Source: Felis catus
Lineage: Eukaryota
DNA: 64,000 nucleotides
Assembly (NCBI RefSeq): GCF_018350175.1
Contig: NC_058368.1
Coordinates: forward strand, 39,744,001 to 39,808,000
Direction: 5' to 3'
A program made the position numbers and the translations under genes. Positions 37,770-49,945 of this stretch are shown here, piece by piece (the stretch's first letter is position 1; each line of letters begins with the position of its first letter). The notes beneath the pieces are model-generated. The model was not told the DNA's origin and did not search any database. It saw only the letters and a list, made by a program, of their open reading frames with translations.

Positions 37770-38300
37770 CGCATCAGAGGATTTTCTTATTTGTAAGCAT
37801 TTCAAGCAGCTCTTGCTGGGTTAAGCAGAAACGGAGTTTATTAAGAGATATTGGGCATTTCACAGAATCATTAGGAAGGCTGGGAACTAGGCCAGATGCT
37901 AAACAGAAGCAAAGTGCCCCAAACCTTATTTTAATGACCAGTGCAAACACACTGGTATGTATGGGCTACCGCCAGCCTTTCCCGTAATAATCCCCAAAGT
38001 GTTTTTGGTAAGGGATCTGCTCCTTTGTTCCAGCTCCTCCTACCAACTCTTGAAAAACAGCTTTCCTTTTCTCCTTTTAATCTTTGAAGGCCAGCAGCTC
38101 ATAAGCCCGCGCTGGCACGAGGCCGCTGATCGCCACAGCCTGGGTCACGTGCTTGTACACTGTTTGCATGGAGGCTTCAGAAGCAAGCCACTAGCTTTGT
38201 CAACCCCGTCGATGTGACACAGCGCTTGCGCCCGTTAATAATCACAGCATCGGGACGGCCCAAAACACAAAATGTAGGCCTGATTGCTCAAAAGTAATAA
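37770..38300 (-). mobile_element. Ancient MaLR LTR (MLT1K/L-like)
   Basis: TTGTAAGCA...TTAAGCAGAAACGGAGTTTATT...GATATTGGG...TCACAGAATC...AAGGCTGG; GCCTGGGTCACGTGC. Confidence 0.55.
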
Positions 38301-38329
38301 AGTCACACATCCATCAAAATGTCCATGTG

Positions 38330-38480
38330 TCAAGCACTGGGGTAAACGCTTTGTAGAAAAGACCCAATTTTCTGTTCTGTATGTGAGAAAACGGAGAGAG
38401 AAACTACATTAATTTGTTCAGCGTCACGAGGCTAATAAATAATACTATCAATACTCAAACCAAGATTTCCTAAAGCATTA
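38330..38480. mobile_element. MIR-like relic
   Basis: ATGTGTCAAGCACTG...ATGTGAGAAAACGGAG...AATTTGTTCAGCGTCAC...CTCAAACCCAAGAT. Confidence 0.45.
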
Positions 38481-40236
38481 TACAGTCTTTATAAAGGACT
38501 AGAAAATCTTTCTTTAGCTATGTGCTTCAGAAACAAAGACGTCATTGAGCGGCATATAATTTTTCTTAATAGCAGCATTTATTATATGACAAAATTATTC
38601 ATATTTTTATTGAACTTCTAGTCACTCCCACATGCATTTTGAGCATGTGAATATACATACAGACACTGTGAAGACCACATTAATTTAATTCAAAGTGATT
38701 AAGTTCATGTTAAGAAAGAATTTTTGTTTTTTTTTCTTAATGAGTCACGTGGATAAATTTATGATTTTTTTAAGAAGTGAAGCATTTATTTTAGTTGTAA
38801 GAAAATTTATACTTGTAAAATAAGTCATGTTCTTATATAAGAAATGCCCTAAGTTAACTATGTTAAATAATTCCCTTACTAATTGCCGTTCAACTCTAAA
38901 AGGAAGTTCATCAAATATTCATACACATTGGCCCCTTTCCCAAATTTGTAATAAGATCATAAGATACCTCAGAAACTATCAGAACAGTGTAATTAAGAGC
39001 CCATTTATATTTTAATGATAACGTATTAGATCTGCAAATATAAAATTAAGGTTAAACATGATACTATATTGACTTTTAATAAAATGCAGTGATTCCAATG
39101 GTAAATAAGGCATTGGTCTATATTTGATTGAAACCATTCTCTGTAACTACATAATCTCCCCTCCCCTTATTATGAGAAGCATTACAAGTGAGTATGCAGG
39201 AGATGAAAAACGAAAATCTATGGTAAAGGTAATGATCTTTGAAAATTTTCTCTAATGAGTAATTTGTGGCTCAGTGGATTTCAAGAGATTATTGGTTTTG
39301 GAAATGGATTCTATCAACTAAGGAGATAATGAAAATCATTAGGGCTGAATAAAATAAAACAGCAAATTTGTAATGCACACTAGCATTTTCTAAGTCTCTA
39401 GTTTGCACACAAGTTGAAAGCCTTGTTTAAAAACACAATTACGAAAGTTTTTCTATGTAGGCCACTATATTTGTGTTATACAGTGGGTTTACATATATAG
39501 CAATAAATAATATTACACTCATAATTTTTTAAAACCAGAAATAAGACATTATCATATAATACAAAAGAGCATGTTATCTCCATCTACTTGATACCAAGTA
39601 ATTAATTAATTCACATAGGGACTATATGAAAATAGACTGACTCAGGGCATTTACGTATCACATACTCAATACAGAAAGAGCTCCCAGTATCGTTTCAGGA
39701 TAATTTGCTTGACATTCGAGACCAACAATTCTTAACCTTTATTTTTCCTCATATACCCTGTCTATTCTGTTTCTTGTATCCTCAGGCCTTAGATCAGTGT
39801 CATGTACACAAGAGGAAGGCAATGAAAATGTGTTGAAGAACTATCTGAATGAAATATATAAATATGTATTTATACATAGATACATGTATTTCACACGTTT
39901 GACAACTTTAGTCAAACCAGTGCTAAGAAAACAATAAGATTTTAAATGAAATAAAGTTTTGAATATTCTAACTTTAAAAATAACACAAAGGAGTAAAAGA
40001 AAGAAAAAAAGGAGAAACTAAAAGTGTTTCCTATTGTCTTTAAAGACAAATTAGAGAAGCTTGAATTGCATGAGATTTAAATTGTTAGCATCAAAAACTC
40101 CTTAAAACAAGAAAATCCGTATTTATATTAATGTATTAGATAATGAATGGATTATACTAATGAAGACAATACTTTTAAAAGCTTAGTTTGATCATTTTTA
40201 ACAAGTGAAAACCAGTTATTAATGAAATTCTTTGTA

Positions 40237-40423
40237 TTTTAAAGTTTATTTATTTATTTGGAGAGAGAGAAAGCACGCACAGGAGGGGCCCGGAGAGGAG
40301 AGACAGAATCTGCACAGTCAGTGCATAGCCCAATGCAGGGCCCAGACTCCCGATCTGTGAGATCATGACCTCGGCCAAAATCAAGAGTCTGGTGCTCAAC
40401 AGAACTGAGCCACCAGGTGTCCC
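40237..40423 (-). mobile_element. CAN-SINE
   Basis: Reverse SINE ending CTGAGCCACCAGGTGTCCC. Confidence 0.9.
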
Positions 40424-40429
40424 TCTTCC

Positions 40430-40685
40430 TTTCTCATTAAAGTGCAATTAATATATAATGTTATATTAGTTCCAGGTGTGCAACACAGTGATTCCACAGT
40501 TCTATACATTACTCAGTTTTAACCATGGTTAAATGTAGTAGTAAGTGTAAGTGTAGTCATGGTAAGTGTAGTCACCATACATTATTACAATATTATTGAC
40601 TATATTCCCTATGTGGTACTTTTCATAGCTGTGACTTATTTTATAATTGGAAGTTTGTACCTCTTAGTCCCCTATATGGTTTTTC
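40430..40685 (-). mobile_element. Carnivore L1 3'-terminal fragment
   Basis: AATGTTATATTAGTTCCAGGTGTGCAACACAGTGATTC...ATTATTGACTATATTCCCTATG...GGAAGTTTGTACCTCTTA. Confidence 0.8.
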
Positions 40686-41282
40686 ATAATCATTTATACT
40701 AGAGGAATCTTAAATAGGCCGTCATGAAAATGATAAAACCATATTATGTGAATCATTTTACAAAACAACTGTAGCCAAACCAATGCGAAGAAAACAAGAT
40801 TTTAAATGAAAGCAAGTTTTGAATATTCTAACTTTAAAAATACACAATGGGGTAAGAGAAAGAAAAAAGGTGGTAGAATAAGAAAAGTACAAATTATCAG
40901 TATATGGGTACATGAGACAACTCATGGTATATATTTTGTCATGAGTCCTATAATTATCCTTATAGATCTTCTAGCTGATTTATCACCATCAAAAAAAGAA
41001 ACTAAAACTGTTTCTTATTGTCTTTACTAAGAGAAAAATGTTCAGTTAAAACAGTGGACAACCAGCAATTAGAAAAATACTACTATGGTTTTATAGAATT
41101 AGCTTAGAGACATTTTGATAGTAAGAAGCAAATGAAAAAAAGACATTGTTTACTGACATTACATTAGAGAGAGTGTGATGTACTACGAAATATTATGTTT
41201 AATTTTGTAAACAAAGAAACCATAGCACGAAGTACTTAATAAGCATGTCTAGATTTCCACAAGTCACAAATAGTGATGTAGG

Positions 41283-41495
41283 TTTTTTTTTTTTTTTGTT
41301 TTAAGTTTATTTAACAGTGAGAGTGTGTGCGAGTGTGCAGGAGGGGCAGAGAGAGGGAGAAACAGAGAATCCCAAGCAGGATCTGAACTGTCAGCACAGA
41401 GCCTGATGATGCAAGGCTCGAAATCACGAACCATGATATCATGACCTGGGCTGAAATCAAGGGTCACTTAACCAACTGAGCCACCCAGGTGCCCC
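41283..41495 (-). mobile_element. CAN-SINE
   Basis: Reverse SINE ending GAGCCACCCAGGTGCCCC. Confidence 0.95.
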
Positions 41496-41909
41496 AACAG
41501 CGATGGAGTTTTAAGTCTAGATCTGTATTCAAAGTCCGTTCCCCGCAAAAAGGAAAATCAAAGATCTAGCACAAATATCAGAAGGGTGATTGAGATTCCC
41601 GAAGGTTAGATTCAAAGTTTTGTTTTATTTTGTTTGTGTATGTGTTTAAGTGTGTATATGTGCATATTGTGTGTGTGTATGTGTATGTGTGTTTGTTTGT
41701 TTTTTGACTCAACTGCAGATTCAGTGATACTTGGAAAGAACATTTCCATGTAGGTCTAGTCTTAATTTGTAAATATGTGAAAGGTGTTTAAAATCTGAGC
41801 AGCAGATCGTAGCGAATAATGCCAATTCCCGAAGAACTGATTACCCCCCCCATTTTAACCTACTTAATTTTTATTCATTTGTGCTATTATTCACAATATA
41901 GTCACTTCA

Positions 41910-42580
41910 TATATCCATTCTCTCATTTAGGATCTATTTGAAAAATATATATTATTAACATGGACATTGTGTTAGCCTCTGAGAATATAATAGGAAAAAA
42001 GCAAAGTGTTCTGGCTTGCAAGGACATGACAGTCTGATGGGAAAATAATAAAAGTAAATGGAAAACTATACTGGAGCCTCAGAATTGTAAAGATAGAGTT
42101 ATAAAAGGGTGCCTTAGGAATCCACAGCAGAACTATCTTAGCTAGTCTTGAAAGAGCAGGGAAGTATTTTTGGAAAAAAGTAATATCTGGCAAATGAGTA
42201 AGATTTCTCAAGACAAATTTAGCAGGGACAAGGGTGGGAAAATGGGAATAAGTTCCAGGCTGAAGAATGATCTATGCAAAACCCTGGCTAGTAAAGAAAG
42301 GTGGAACTAATTATTTCTCTAAAGTTGAGAGCACAGAAGGTCCTCAGGGCTTGATAGGAGATGAGGTAAGAATGTAATCATAAAGGTAATTTTAAGCCAA
42401 ATGTATAAATTTGGATTTCATTGTGAGGAAAAAGATTTTAACTCTGGTCAGATTAAAAAAAAAAAATCAGGCAACGACTTGCAGATTTAAGTCAAGAATA
42501 ACGAGATTATAGACAAGAAGGCTAGTTAAGAAATTCTTTACAGAAAACTGGATAAAAATTAATAGTAGCTTGAATTACGT
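41910..42580 (-). mobile_element. LINE-2 relic
   Basis: ACATTGTGTTAG...ACAGTCTGATGGG; GTTCCAGGCTGAAGAA...TGCAAAACCCTG; TTTGGATTTCATTGTGAG. Confidence 0.6.
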
Positions 42581-42901
42581 AGTAATTGGTAGTACCCAAA
42601 CAAGTTACCAACTTGTATCTATGTTTGTATTTAAAAGTTCACTTCAGATCTAATCTCTTATATAGAACATATTAGGACATATTTTTTCCTTAGTTATGTT
42701 AATACAAAACATTTTACAATCTTTAAGTAGAACGTGAATGATATGATGGGTATTAATGATATAGCACATACCTTACACTATTAGCCCAGTGCTACTTAAA
42801 GATCTGAAGACCAACATTGATTAGCATCAATCGGGATATTGTTAAAAATGTAAATTAATGAGATGTACCCCAAAACTACAAAGAATTTCTAGAGGTGGGC
42901 C

Positions 42902-43497
42902 TATGATAGGGAAAGAGAGGATAAAATAGGCAGAGAGGGAAAGATAGGACCTGAGATCCCTGGGTGGGGAAAAACATATATTTTGGACTAATGCTAGGAG
43001 TGTCTGACCACAACAAATCTCCTTGGGTGTAATCTTAAGAATGTAACAGACATCACCTCTCGCCCTCATGTTTCCCTCAGGAATTTGACAAAAGATCTAA
43101 CTAAAAATAAGCAGACCATAAAACATTATAACCCACAAGAAAAGGTATGGCTATAGACCACCCCTCATACAATGGAAATGAGCCAATCAGGAATGGGCAA
43201 CCCAACACCTAGAGTTATCCCGCCAGTAAAGGTAGAATCCAAGGAGGAACAAGGGGGAAGGGAAGGGGGTGTGTGTGACCAGAACCTTATAAAAAAAAAA
43301 AAAGGCCCTTGCCTATAGTCCAAGCACATTCACTTTCAAATGTCCCCTCTCTGTAAAGACAGTTTTCCTAGTAGTCTTACTTTCTAATCTTATACTCTAA
43401 TAAACTTTTGCCTGCTATTCACTTTGTGCCCACCTCTTCATTCTTCAAAGCAGGGAGACAACAAATCCCAGGTATTGAAGTAAAAAATCCTGCAACA
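42902..43497 (+). mobile_element. Solo ERV1-class LTR (596 bp)
   Basis: TA(for TG)...CA termini, 4-bp TSD GGCC (42898-42901, 43498-43501), CCAAT at 43183, TATAAA at 43288, AATAAA at 43399. Confidence 0.75.
43183..43293 (+). promoter_or_regulatory. Putative LTR U3 promoter (CCAAT box and TATA box)
   Basis: AGCCAATCAG about 100 bp upstream of CTTATAAAA within the LTR; activity unknown. Confidence 0.45.
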
Positions 43498-44558
43498 GGC
43501 CCACATTTCCCATGCTATTGTGATGATCACTAATATTTAGATTACCTAGTCGATGATGTAATATACTTAAAAAAAATAATTTTGTTAAGGATAGAAGCAA
43601 TGTATGTCCTTATATTCAAGAGCTAAATCAGAAATTATAAAAATGGTAAACGTCAAACATTCCAGTCTTACATTTAGTATATACGACTAATGGTGTGTTT
43701 TTGTTTTATTGCTGTAAAAATAGTATTATATCTCCAATCGTAGAACAATCCTGCTAACCCATCTAAAATATGAAAGTTTATTTTGTATAGTACAGGTACT
43801 CTGTTGTCTACGTGACTTTATGTGGAAAAAGGAGAGGTAAAATACCAGATATTTGATAATTTCAGTTTCTAGAAGAAAATATTCCAGTCTCTAGAACTAC
43901 TCTAGGTTGATATAGAAGAGACTTCAGATGTTACAGAATTCACAGAAATTGAAAGTTTCTTCCCATATTATTCTTTTACTTGAAATTACTTTGGCCAGTG
44001 AAGAGTACCTGTGACAACTTTATGAAGACACAGAGAAGACCAAAATAATAATGGTGACATATTCATCACAAACTTATATTCAAAGATAAACCTTCAGTAA
44101 CTCTCATAATTGTTTCCTGAATTTATAAATGTAAATTTCTATAAAACACTTTTTTTGTTGTTGTTAAAGGGCATAGTACTGCGTCCTAGGTTCTTCCAAG
44201 GCTTGCTGCACACAACTGTGTAGTGCATCTTGTGTTCAATAGCTGTTTTCTTTCTAATATTTATTCAACTTATTTAAACAAAAACCAAAAAACAGTTTAT
44301 CTATTTCTCTACCCTCCACCCCTAGCTCTGGCAGCTATCTATCTATTCTGTGTATCTATGATTTTGATTTTTATTTATTTGTTTGATGTTTATTTTTATA
44401 GTTGTTGATTTTGAGGCTCCACATAAAAGAAAGAGATAATTTGTTGTCTTTTTCTGTCCAAGCTATTTCACTTAGCATAATACCTTCAAGGATCATCCAT
44501 ATTGTGCAAATAGCAAAATTTCATTCTTTTTCAATGGCAGAATACTGTTGTATTGTAC

Positions 44559-44564
44559 TATATA

Positions 44565-44602
<38 letters not shown>
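44559..44602. repeat. (TA)n microsatellite
   Basis: Direct reading. Confidence 0.95.
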
Positions 44603-44603
<1 letters not shown>

Positions 44604-44784
44604 CACAATTTCTTTACCCATTCATCCATCAATGGATACTTAGGTTGTTTCCATATTTTAGCTGTTTTAAATCATGCATTAAAAATGGAGGTGCATATAT
44701 CGTTGCACTTAGTGTCTTTGTTTCTTCAGATAAATACCCGGAAGTGGAATTGCTAGATCATTTAACTTTCTTGAGGAGTTTTAT

Positions 44785-44921
44785 TTTGTCTTTATTTATT
44801 TTTAATTTAAATCCTAGTTAGTTAACATATAGTGTAATAATGATTTTAGGAATAGAATTTAGTGTTCATCACTTACATACAACACCCAGTGCTCATCTCA
44901 ACATGTACCTTCCTTAATGCC
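44785..44921 (-). mobile_element. Younger carnivore L1 3' end nested in the older L1
   Basis: TAGTTAACATATAGTGTAATA...ATCACTTACATACAACACCCAGTGCTCATC...CCTTAATGCC; degenerate TSD AGGA..TTTTAT. Confidence 0.75.
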
Positions 44922-45574
44922 AGGAACTTTTATACTGTTTTCCATAGTGGCTGCACCAATTTATATCCCCAACAAAAGTGCATAAGGTTCATCATCTCGA
45001 CATCCTCTTTAACACTTGCTACTTCTTATCTTTTTGCTAAGTTATTTTAAGAGGCATGAAGTTATATTTCATTGTGGTTGATTTGTAATTCTCTGATGAT
45101 TAATTGTGTTGAGCATCTTTTTACATACCTTTTGGTCATTTGTGTGTCTTCTTTGGGAAAATGTCTACTCAAATCATCTGCTCATTTGTTAATCAGATTG
45201 TTTGGGTTTTGGCTATTGAGTTGAATTCTTTATCTATTTTGGATATTAGCCTTTTATATTCTCTCATTCAATGTCCTTTTATTGTGTTGATGATTTTGCT
45301 TTTCAGTTGATGTAATCACACTTGTTTATTTTTGCCTATGTTGCTTTTACTTTGGTGTTAGATTCAAAAAATTATTGACAAGACCTATGTCAAAGAATGT
45401 TTTCCTATATCTTCTTCTAGGAGTTTGATGGCTTCATATGTTTCTTTCTTTTAAGACTTCATACCTTATGTTCATGCCTTGAATCCATCTTGAGTTAGTT
45501 TTTGTGTACAGTATGAAATAGTGGGCCAGTTTCATACTTTTGCATTTGGCTGTTTAATTTTCCCAGCACCACTA

Positions 45575-45759
45575 TTTTTTTTTAAGTTTATCTTGAAACA
45601 AAGTGTACATACACGCAGGGAAGGGACAGAGAGAAAGGGAGACAGAGAATCCCAAGCAGTCTTGGTACTGTGGAGCTTGATCTCATGAGCCCTGAGATCA
45701 TGACCTGAGCCTAAATCAAGAATCAGATGCTTAACTGACTGAGCCACCTTGGTGTCCCC
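45575..45759 (-). mobile_element. CAN-SINE nested in L1
   Basis: Reverse SINE; TSD about GCACCAC(T)ATTTTT. Confidence 0.9.
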
Positions 45760-46601
45760 TGCACCACATTTTTTTTTGATACTGTTGTTCTTTTCCTTTT
45801 GTATATTCTTGGCTCCTTTGTGTAAATTAATTGACCATATATGCTTAGGTTTATTTCTGTGCTCTCTAATTCTGTTCCATTAACCTATATGCCTATTTTT
45901 ATGCCAACCCCATGCTGTTTTAGTTACTATACCTTTGTGATATACTTTGAAATCTGGAAGCATGATGCCTCCAGCTTTGTGCTTCTTAAGATTGCTTTGG
46001 CTCTTTGGGATCTTTTGTGGTTCCATTCAAATTTTTAGGATTGTTTATTCTATTTCTGGGAAAAATGCTATTGGAATTTTTATAATGATTACATTGAATC
46101 TTTAGATTGCTTTAGATAGTATAAACATTTGAACAATAGTAATTCTTCTGATCCTTTCTTCTCTTGTTCTCTTTGTGTTTGATGACTTTTTATACAGGTA
46201 AGCTTACATTCCTATCGTTTTCTCTTTTGTGTATTTACTATAGGTTTTCTTTTTCTTTGCAGTTGCCATGAGGCTTTACGTATAATACTTTATATCTGTA
46301 AATGTCCATTTTAAGTCGATCACAACTTAAGTTTGATCCCATTCTAAACCCAACACTTTACTCTCCCCACCTGTTTTATGCTTTTGATGGGATATTGCAC
46401 ATATTCTTATCATGTGTGCCCCTTAACTGATTATTGTAATCACAGTTATTTTTACTGTCTTTGTCTTTTAATCTTTATACTAGCTTAATAATTAATCTGT
46501 CACTTTTACAATATATTTACTTTTCCAGGAAGAATTGTTTTTTCATATGTATTCTTGTTACTAATTAGTGCCCTTTCTTTTTAGCCTAAAGATACCCCTT
46601 T

Positions 46602-46838
46602 AGGAGTGCCTAGGTGGCTCAGTCAGTTAAGCGTCCAACTCTTGATTTCAGCACAGGTCATGGTTTCACGGTTCATGAGTTTGAGCCCCACATTGGGCTC
46701 CCAATTAACAGCATGGAACCTGCTTAGGATTTTCTCACTCCCTTTCTCTTTCTGCCCTCCCTCTCTCTCTCTCTGCTCCTTCCTCTTCACTTTCTCTTTC
46801 TCTCTCCCTCAAGATAAATAAATAAACTTAAAGAAAAA
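46602..46838 (+). mobile_element. CAN-SINE nested in L1
   Basis: Head GGAGTGCCTAGGTGGCTCAGTCAGTTAAG, CT region, tail. Confidence 0.9.
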
Positions 46839-47624
46839 AAGATGATCTCTTAACATTTCTTATAATGCTGGATTAGTAGTGTTAGTAGTTATGAACTTCT
46901 TTAGATTTGTTTCCCTGGAAACTCATCTGTCCTTCAATTCTGAATATCTTTGTAAGGTAGAGTATTTTTGGTTGGGAAGGTTTCTCTTTTTTCTCTTTTT
47001 TTTTTCTTTTAGCATACCATGCCATTCCTTTCTGGCTTGCAATGTTTGTGCTAAAAGATCTGCTAAATACCTCATGGGATTCCCTTGTATGTAACAAGTT
47101 GTATTTTCTTGCCTCATTTAGTATTTTCTCCAATATTTAACTTTTGACATTTTAATTATAATGTGTTTCTGGGTGAGTCTGTTTGGGTTTATCTTTTTTG
47201 GAATTTTCTGTGTTTCCTAGAGCTGGATGTCTTTTTTTTTTCCAAATTTAGGGAAGTTTTCAGTCAATATATCTTCAAGTATAATATGCCCCTTCTCTCT
47301 TCTCTTTCTGGGAACTCTATAATGCAAATATCAGTTTGTTTCATATTGTTCCATAGATTCCTTAAGCTAATTTTACTTTTTTTTTTTACTCTTTTTTTCC
47401 TTTTTGCTGCTCTGACTGGATGAGTTCCACTGCTTTGTCTCTGAATTAACTGATTTCTCTGCCTCATCTAACCTGCTTTTGAGCCTCTCTAGTGTATTTT
47501 TCAGTCCAGTTATTGTATGTGTCAGCTTTGTGATTTCTATTTGGTGCTTTTTTATATGTCCCACCTGTTTTGAAGTTCTCATTGTATCCATCTATTCTTT
47601 TTCCCAGTTTTATCTTATAAATTT

Positions 47625-47841
47625 TATTTCTTACTATTTATAAGTGTTTATTTTTGAGAGAGAGACAGACAGAATGTGAGCATGGGAGGGTCAGAGAGAG
47701 AGGGAGACATAGAATCTGAATCAGACTCCAGGCTCCAAGCTGTTTGCACAGAGCCTGATGTGGAGAATGAACTCATAGCCCTCTAGATCATGACCTGAGC
47801 CAAAGTTGAACGTTTAACTGACTGAGCCACCCAGAAGCCCC
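47625..47841 (-). mobile_element. CAN-SINE nested in L1
   Basis: Reverse SINE ending GAGCCACCCAGAAGCCCC. Confidence 0.9.
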
Positions 47842-47843
47842 TA

Positions 47844-47862
47844 TTTTTTTATTTTTATTTTT

Positions 47863-47918
<56 letters not shown>

Positions 47919-48081
47919 CAAGCAGGATACAGGAAGAGAGAGAGAGAGGGAGAGAATCTTAAGCAGGCTCCATGCTGAGCATGGAGCCCGATGCAGGGCT
48001 TGATCCCATGACCCTGGGATTAAGACCTGAGCCAAAATCGAGAGTGCAATGCTCAACCAACTGAGCCAGCCAGGCGTCCCC
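47844..48081 (-). mobile_element. CAN-SINE with (GA)n, abutting the previous SINE
   Basis: Reverse SINE ending GAGCCAGCCAGGCGTCCCC. Confidence 0.9.
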
Positions 48082-48374
48082 TATTTCTCTATTTCTTCCT
48101 TTTGTTTGCTTTCTGTGTTGGTTTCTATGCAGATGAAACTACAACCTCTCCTAGTTTTGAAGGAGTGATTCTGTGTAGGAGGTGAACCTTTTGTTCAGCC
48201 CTGTCTTAGTTCTTGGTCATCTCTGAAATTTCTGTGCTTATGCAAGCAGCCTATTATATTTTAATAGTTCCCAGTAATTAAAGATGTGTCAAGACCTATC
48301 CGTGTTTCCAAAGGCGAAGATCATAGCAGCTAGATTCGGGCTAACTAGAAGCTAGGTCCTCAGGCAGCAGCTTT

Positions 48375-48419
48375 TTAAAAAAATTTTTTTTAATTTAATG
48401 TTTATGTCTATTTTATTTT

Positions 48420-48468
<49 letters not shown>

Positions 48469-48636
48469 ACAAGTGGGGGTGGGGAAGAGAGAGAGAGGGA
48501 GACACAGAATATGAAGTAGTCTCCAAGCTCTGAGCTGTCAGCTCAGAGACTGATGTGGGGCTCAAACCCATGAACTGTCAGATCATGACCTGAGCTGAAG
48601 TCAGATGCTTAACCGACTGAACTACCAAGGTGCCTC
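48375..48636 (-). mobile_element. CAN-SINE with (GA)n nested in the L1 5' region
   Basis: TSD CAGCAGCTTT. Confidence 0.9.
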
Positions 48637-49740
48637 AACAGCAGCTTTAAAAAGTATACAAATATATATAGTTTTTAGGGGCCACAAACATAAGCCCCAC
48701 TAGCTACCAGAGCTAGGTCGTCTGAAGGTGTCTCCCAGGAAGCAGTTGCAAAAATTAGGGCTCCAGATGAATGTATAAGCTCCTTCCTGGAAGATACCTG
48801 TGAGCTGGAACAAGGCAGAGGGAGAGCTCCAAGATGATATCCACAGTCTATGATCCTTGAGAGCAGCTTGGTAGACCACTATGTATCCCAAACTTTGAGC
48901 CTGCCCCTCAGTCTGAATCTCTAGGATGAACAAAGTGGCCTCCTTCACAGAAAAACTGGAGAGTATGCTTCAGTCAGCTGTCTTTACGGTACCCTGGGGG
49001 GTTGTAGCCTTCCAAGAATCATCCTGGATGGCTACTGTCCTGTGGGATGAGGAAAACAGGGCATCCTCTAGGACATGCGTAAAGCACCCCTGCAGGAGAG
49101 AATGGTGCTCTGTAGCACAGCAGAAAGTGAGTGTGATTATACCCACTCTCCAAAGTCTCTGGAAAAGATTACAGTCCATGCCTAAATGTGTGTTTAATAG
49201 AAGCCTGTCCCTCTGGCCAGTCATGATAATTAGCTGATAGACTTCTTTCAGAGAAAAAAACAGAGTTCCTTTGTCCATTGCCTCTTGTTGTGGCCTCTTG
49301 CTCTGTTGGTTACAGTCCTGTGGGACCCACAACTTAAGCTCCATTGCCCACCACAGCCTGGAAATGCAGAGATCGCAAAAATTGGGGGACCAGAAAGGGA
49401 TATGAGCTCTTTTTTGGTGACACTGATTATTACAGTCCCATGGCCAAGAAGCCAAGCTTCCCTGGCGCCCATAGCCAGGCAATGAAGAGGCATCCCCTGT
49501 GCGGCAGCTGCAGAAGTCAAGGCACCAGAAGTGTGTAAAGGTTCCCTTCTGGCAGATACTGGTGCTCTGAAGCATGGCAAAGGGGGCCACTTTAAACACT
49601 TTAAAATTGTTAAAACCTTGTAAAGTATGTTTGTTAAGCTTGAAAGTTGATGGAAATAAGACTAAGGGAGAAGGAAATTGGGAGTAAAAATTACAGTAGT
49701 AGATTCAAAATACCGATTGCTCTATTTAAAAAATAAAACT

Positions 49741-49899
49741 GGGGTGCCTGGGTGGCTCAGTAAGTTAAACGTCAGACTTTGGCTAATGTCATGATCTCGC
49801 AGTTGGTGAGTTTGAGTCTCACGTCGGGCTCTGTGCTGACAGCTCAGAGCCTGGAGCCTGCTTCCAATTCTGTGTCTCCTTCTCTCTTTGCCCCTCTCC

Positions 49900-49945
<46 letters not shown>

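Larger units (their letters stand above)
44290..49590 (-). mobile_element. Older LINE-1 (L1MA/carnivore-type): 5' region, ORF1, and 3' ORF2/3'UTR; most of EN/RT missing; many nested insertions
   Basis: ORF1p peptides KNTLERLKSRLDEAEK, SLRNLWNNMKQTDICIIEFPEREER and QGNPMRYLADLLAQTLQARKEWH; ORF2 3' reverse motifs at 44930-46154 (TTCCATAGTGGCTGCACCAATTT, GATGCCTCCAGCTTTG, GATTGCTTTGGCT). Confidence 0.85.

Noticed and set aside
42840..42901. Alternative LTR start at TGTTAAAAATG
   Set aside because: No matching TSD, whereas 42902 gives a GGCC TSD
48970..49599. Longest ORF in the track (209 aa, minus strand)
   Set aside because: Lies within the GC-richer L1 5' region and has no recognisable domain; likely a chance ORF
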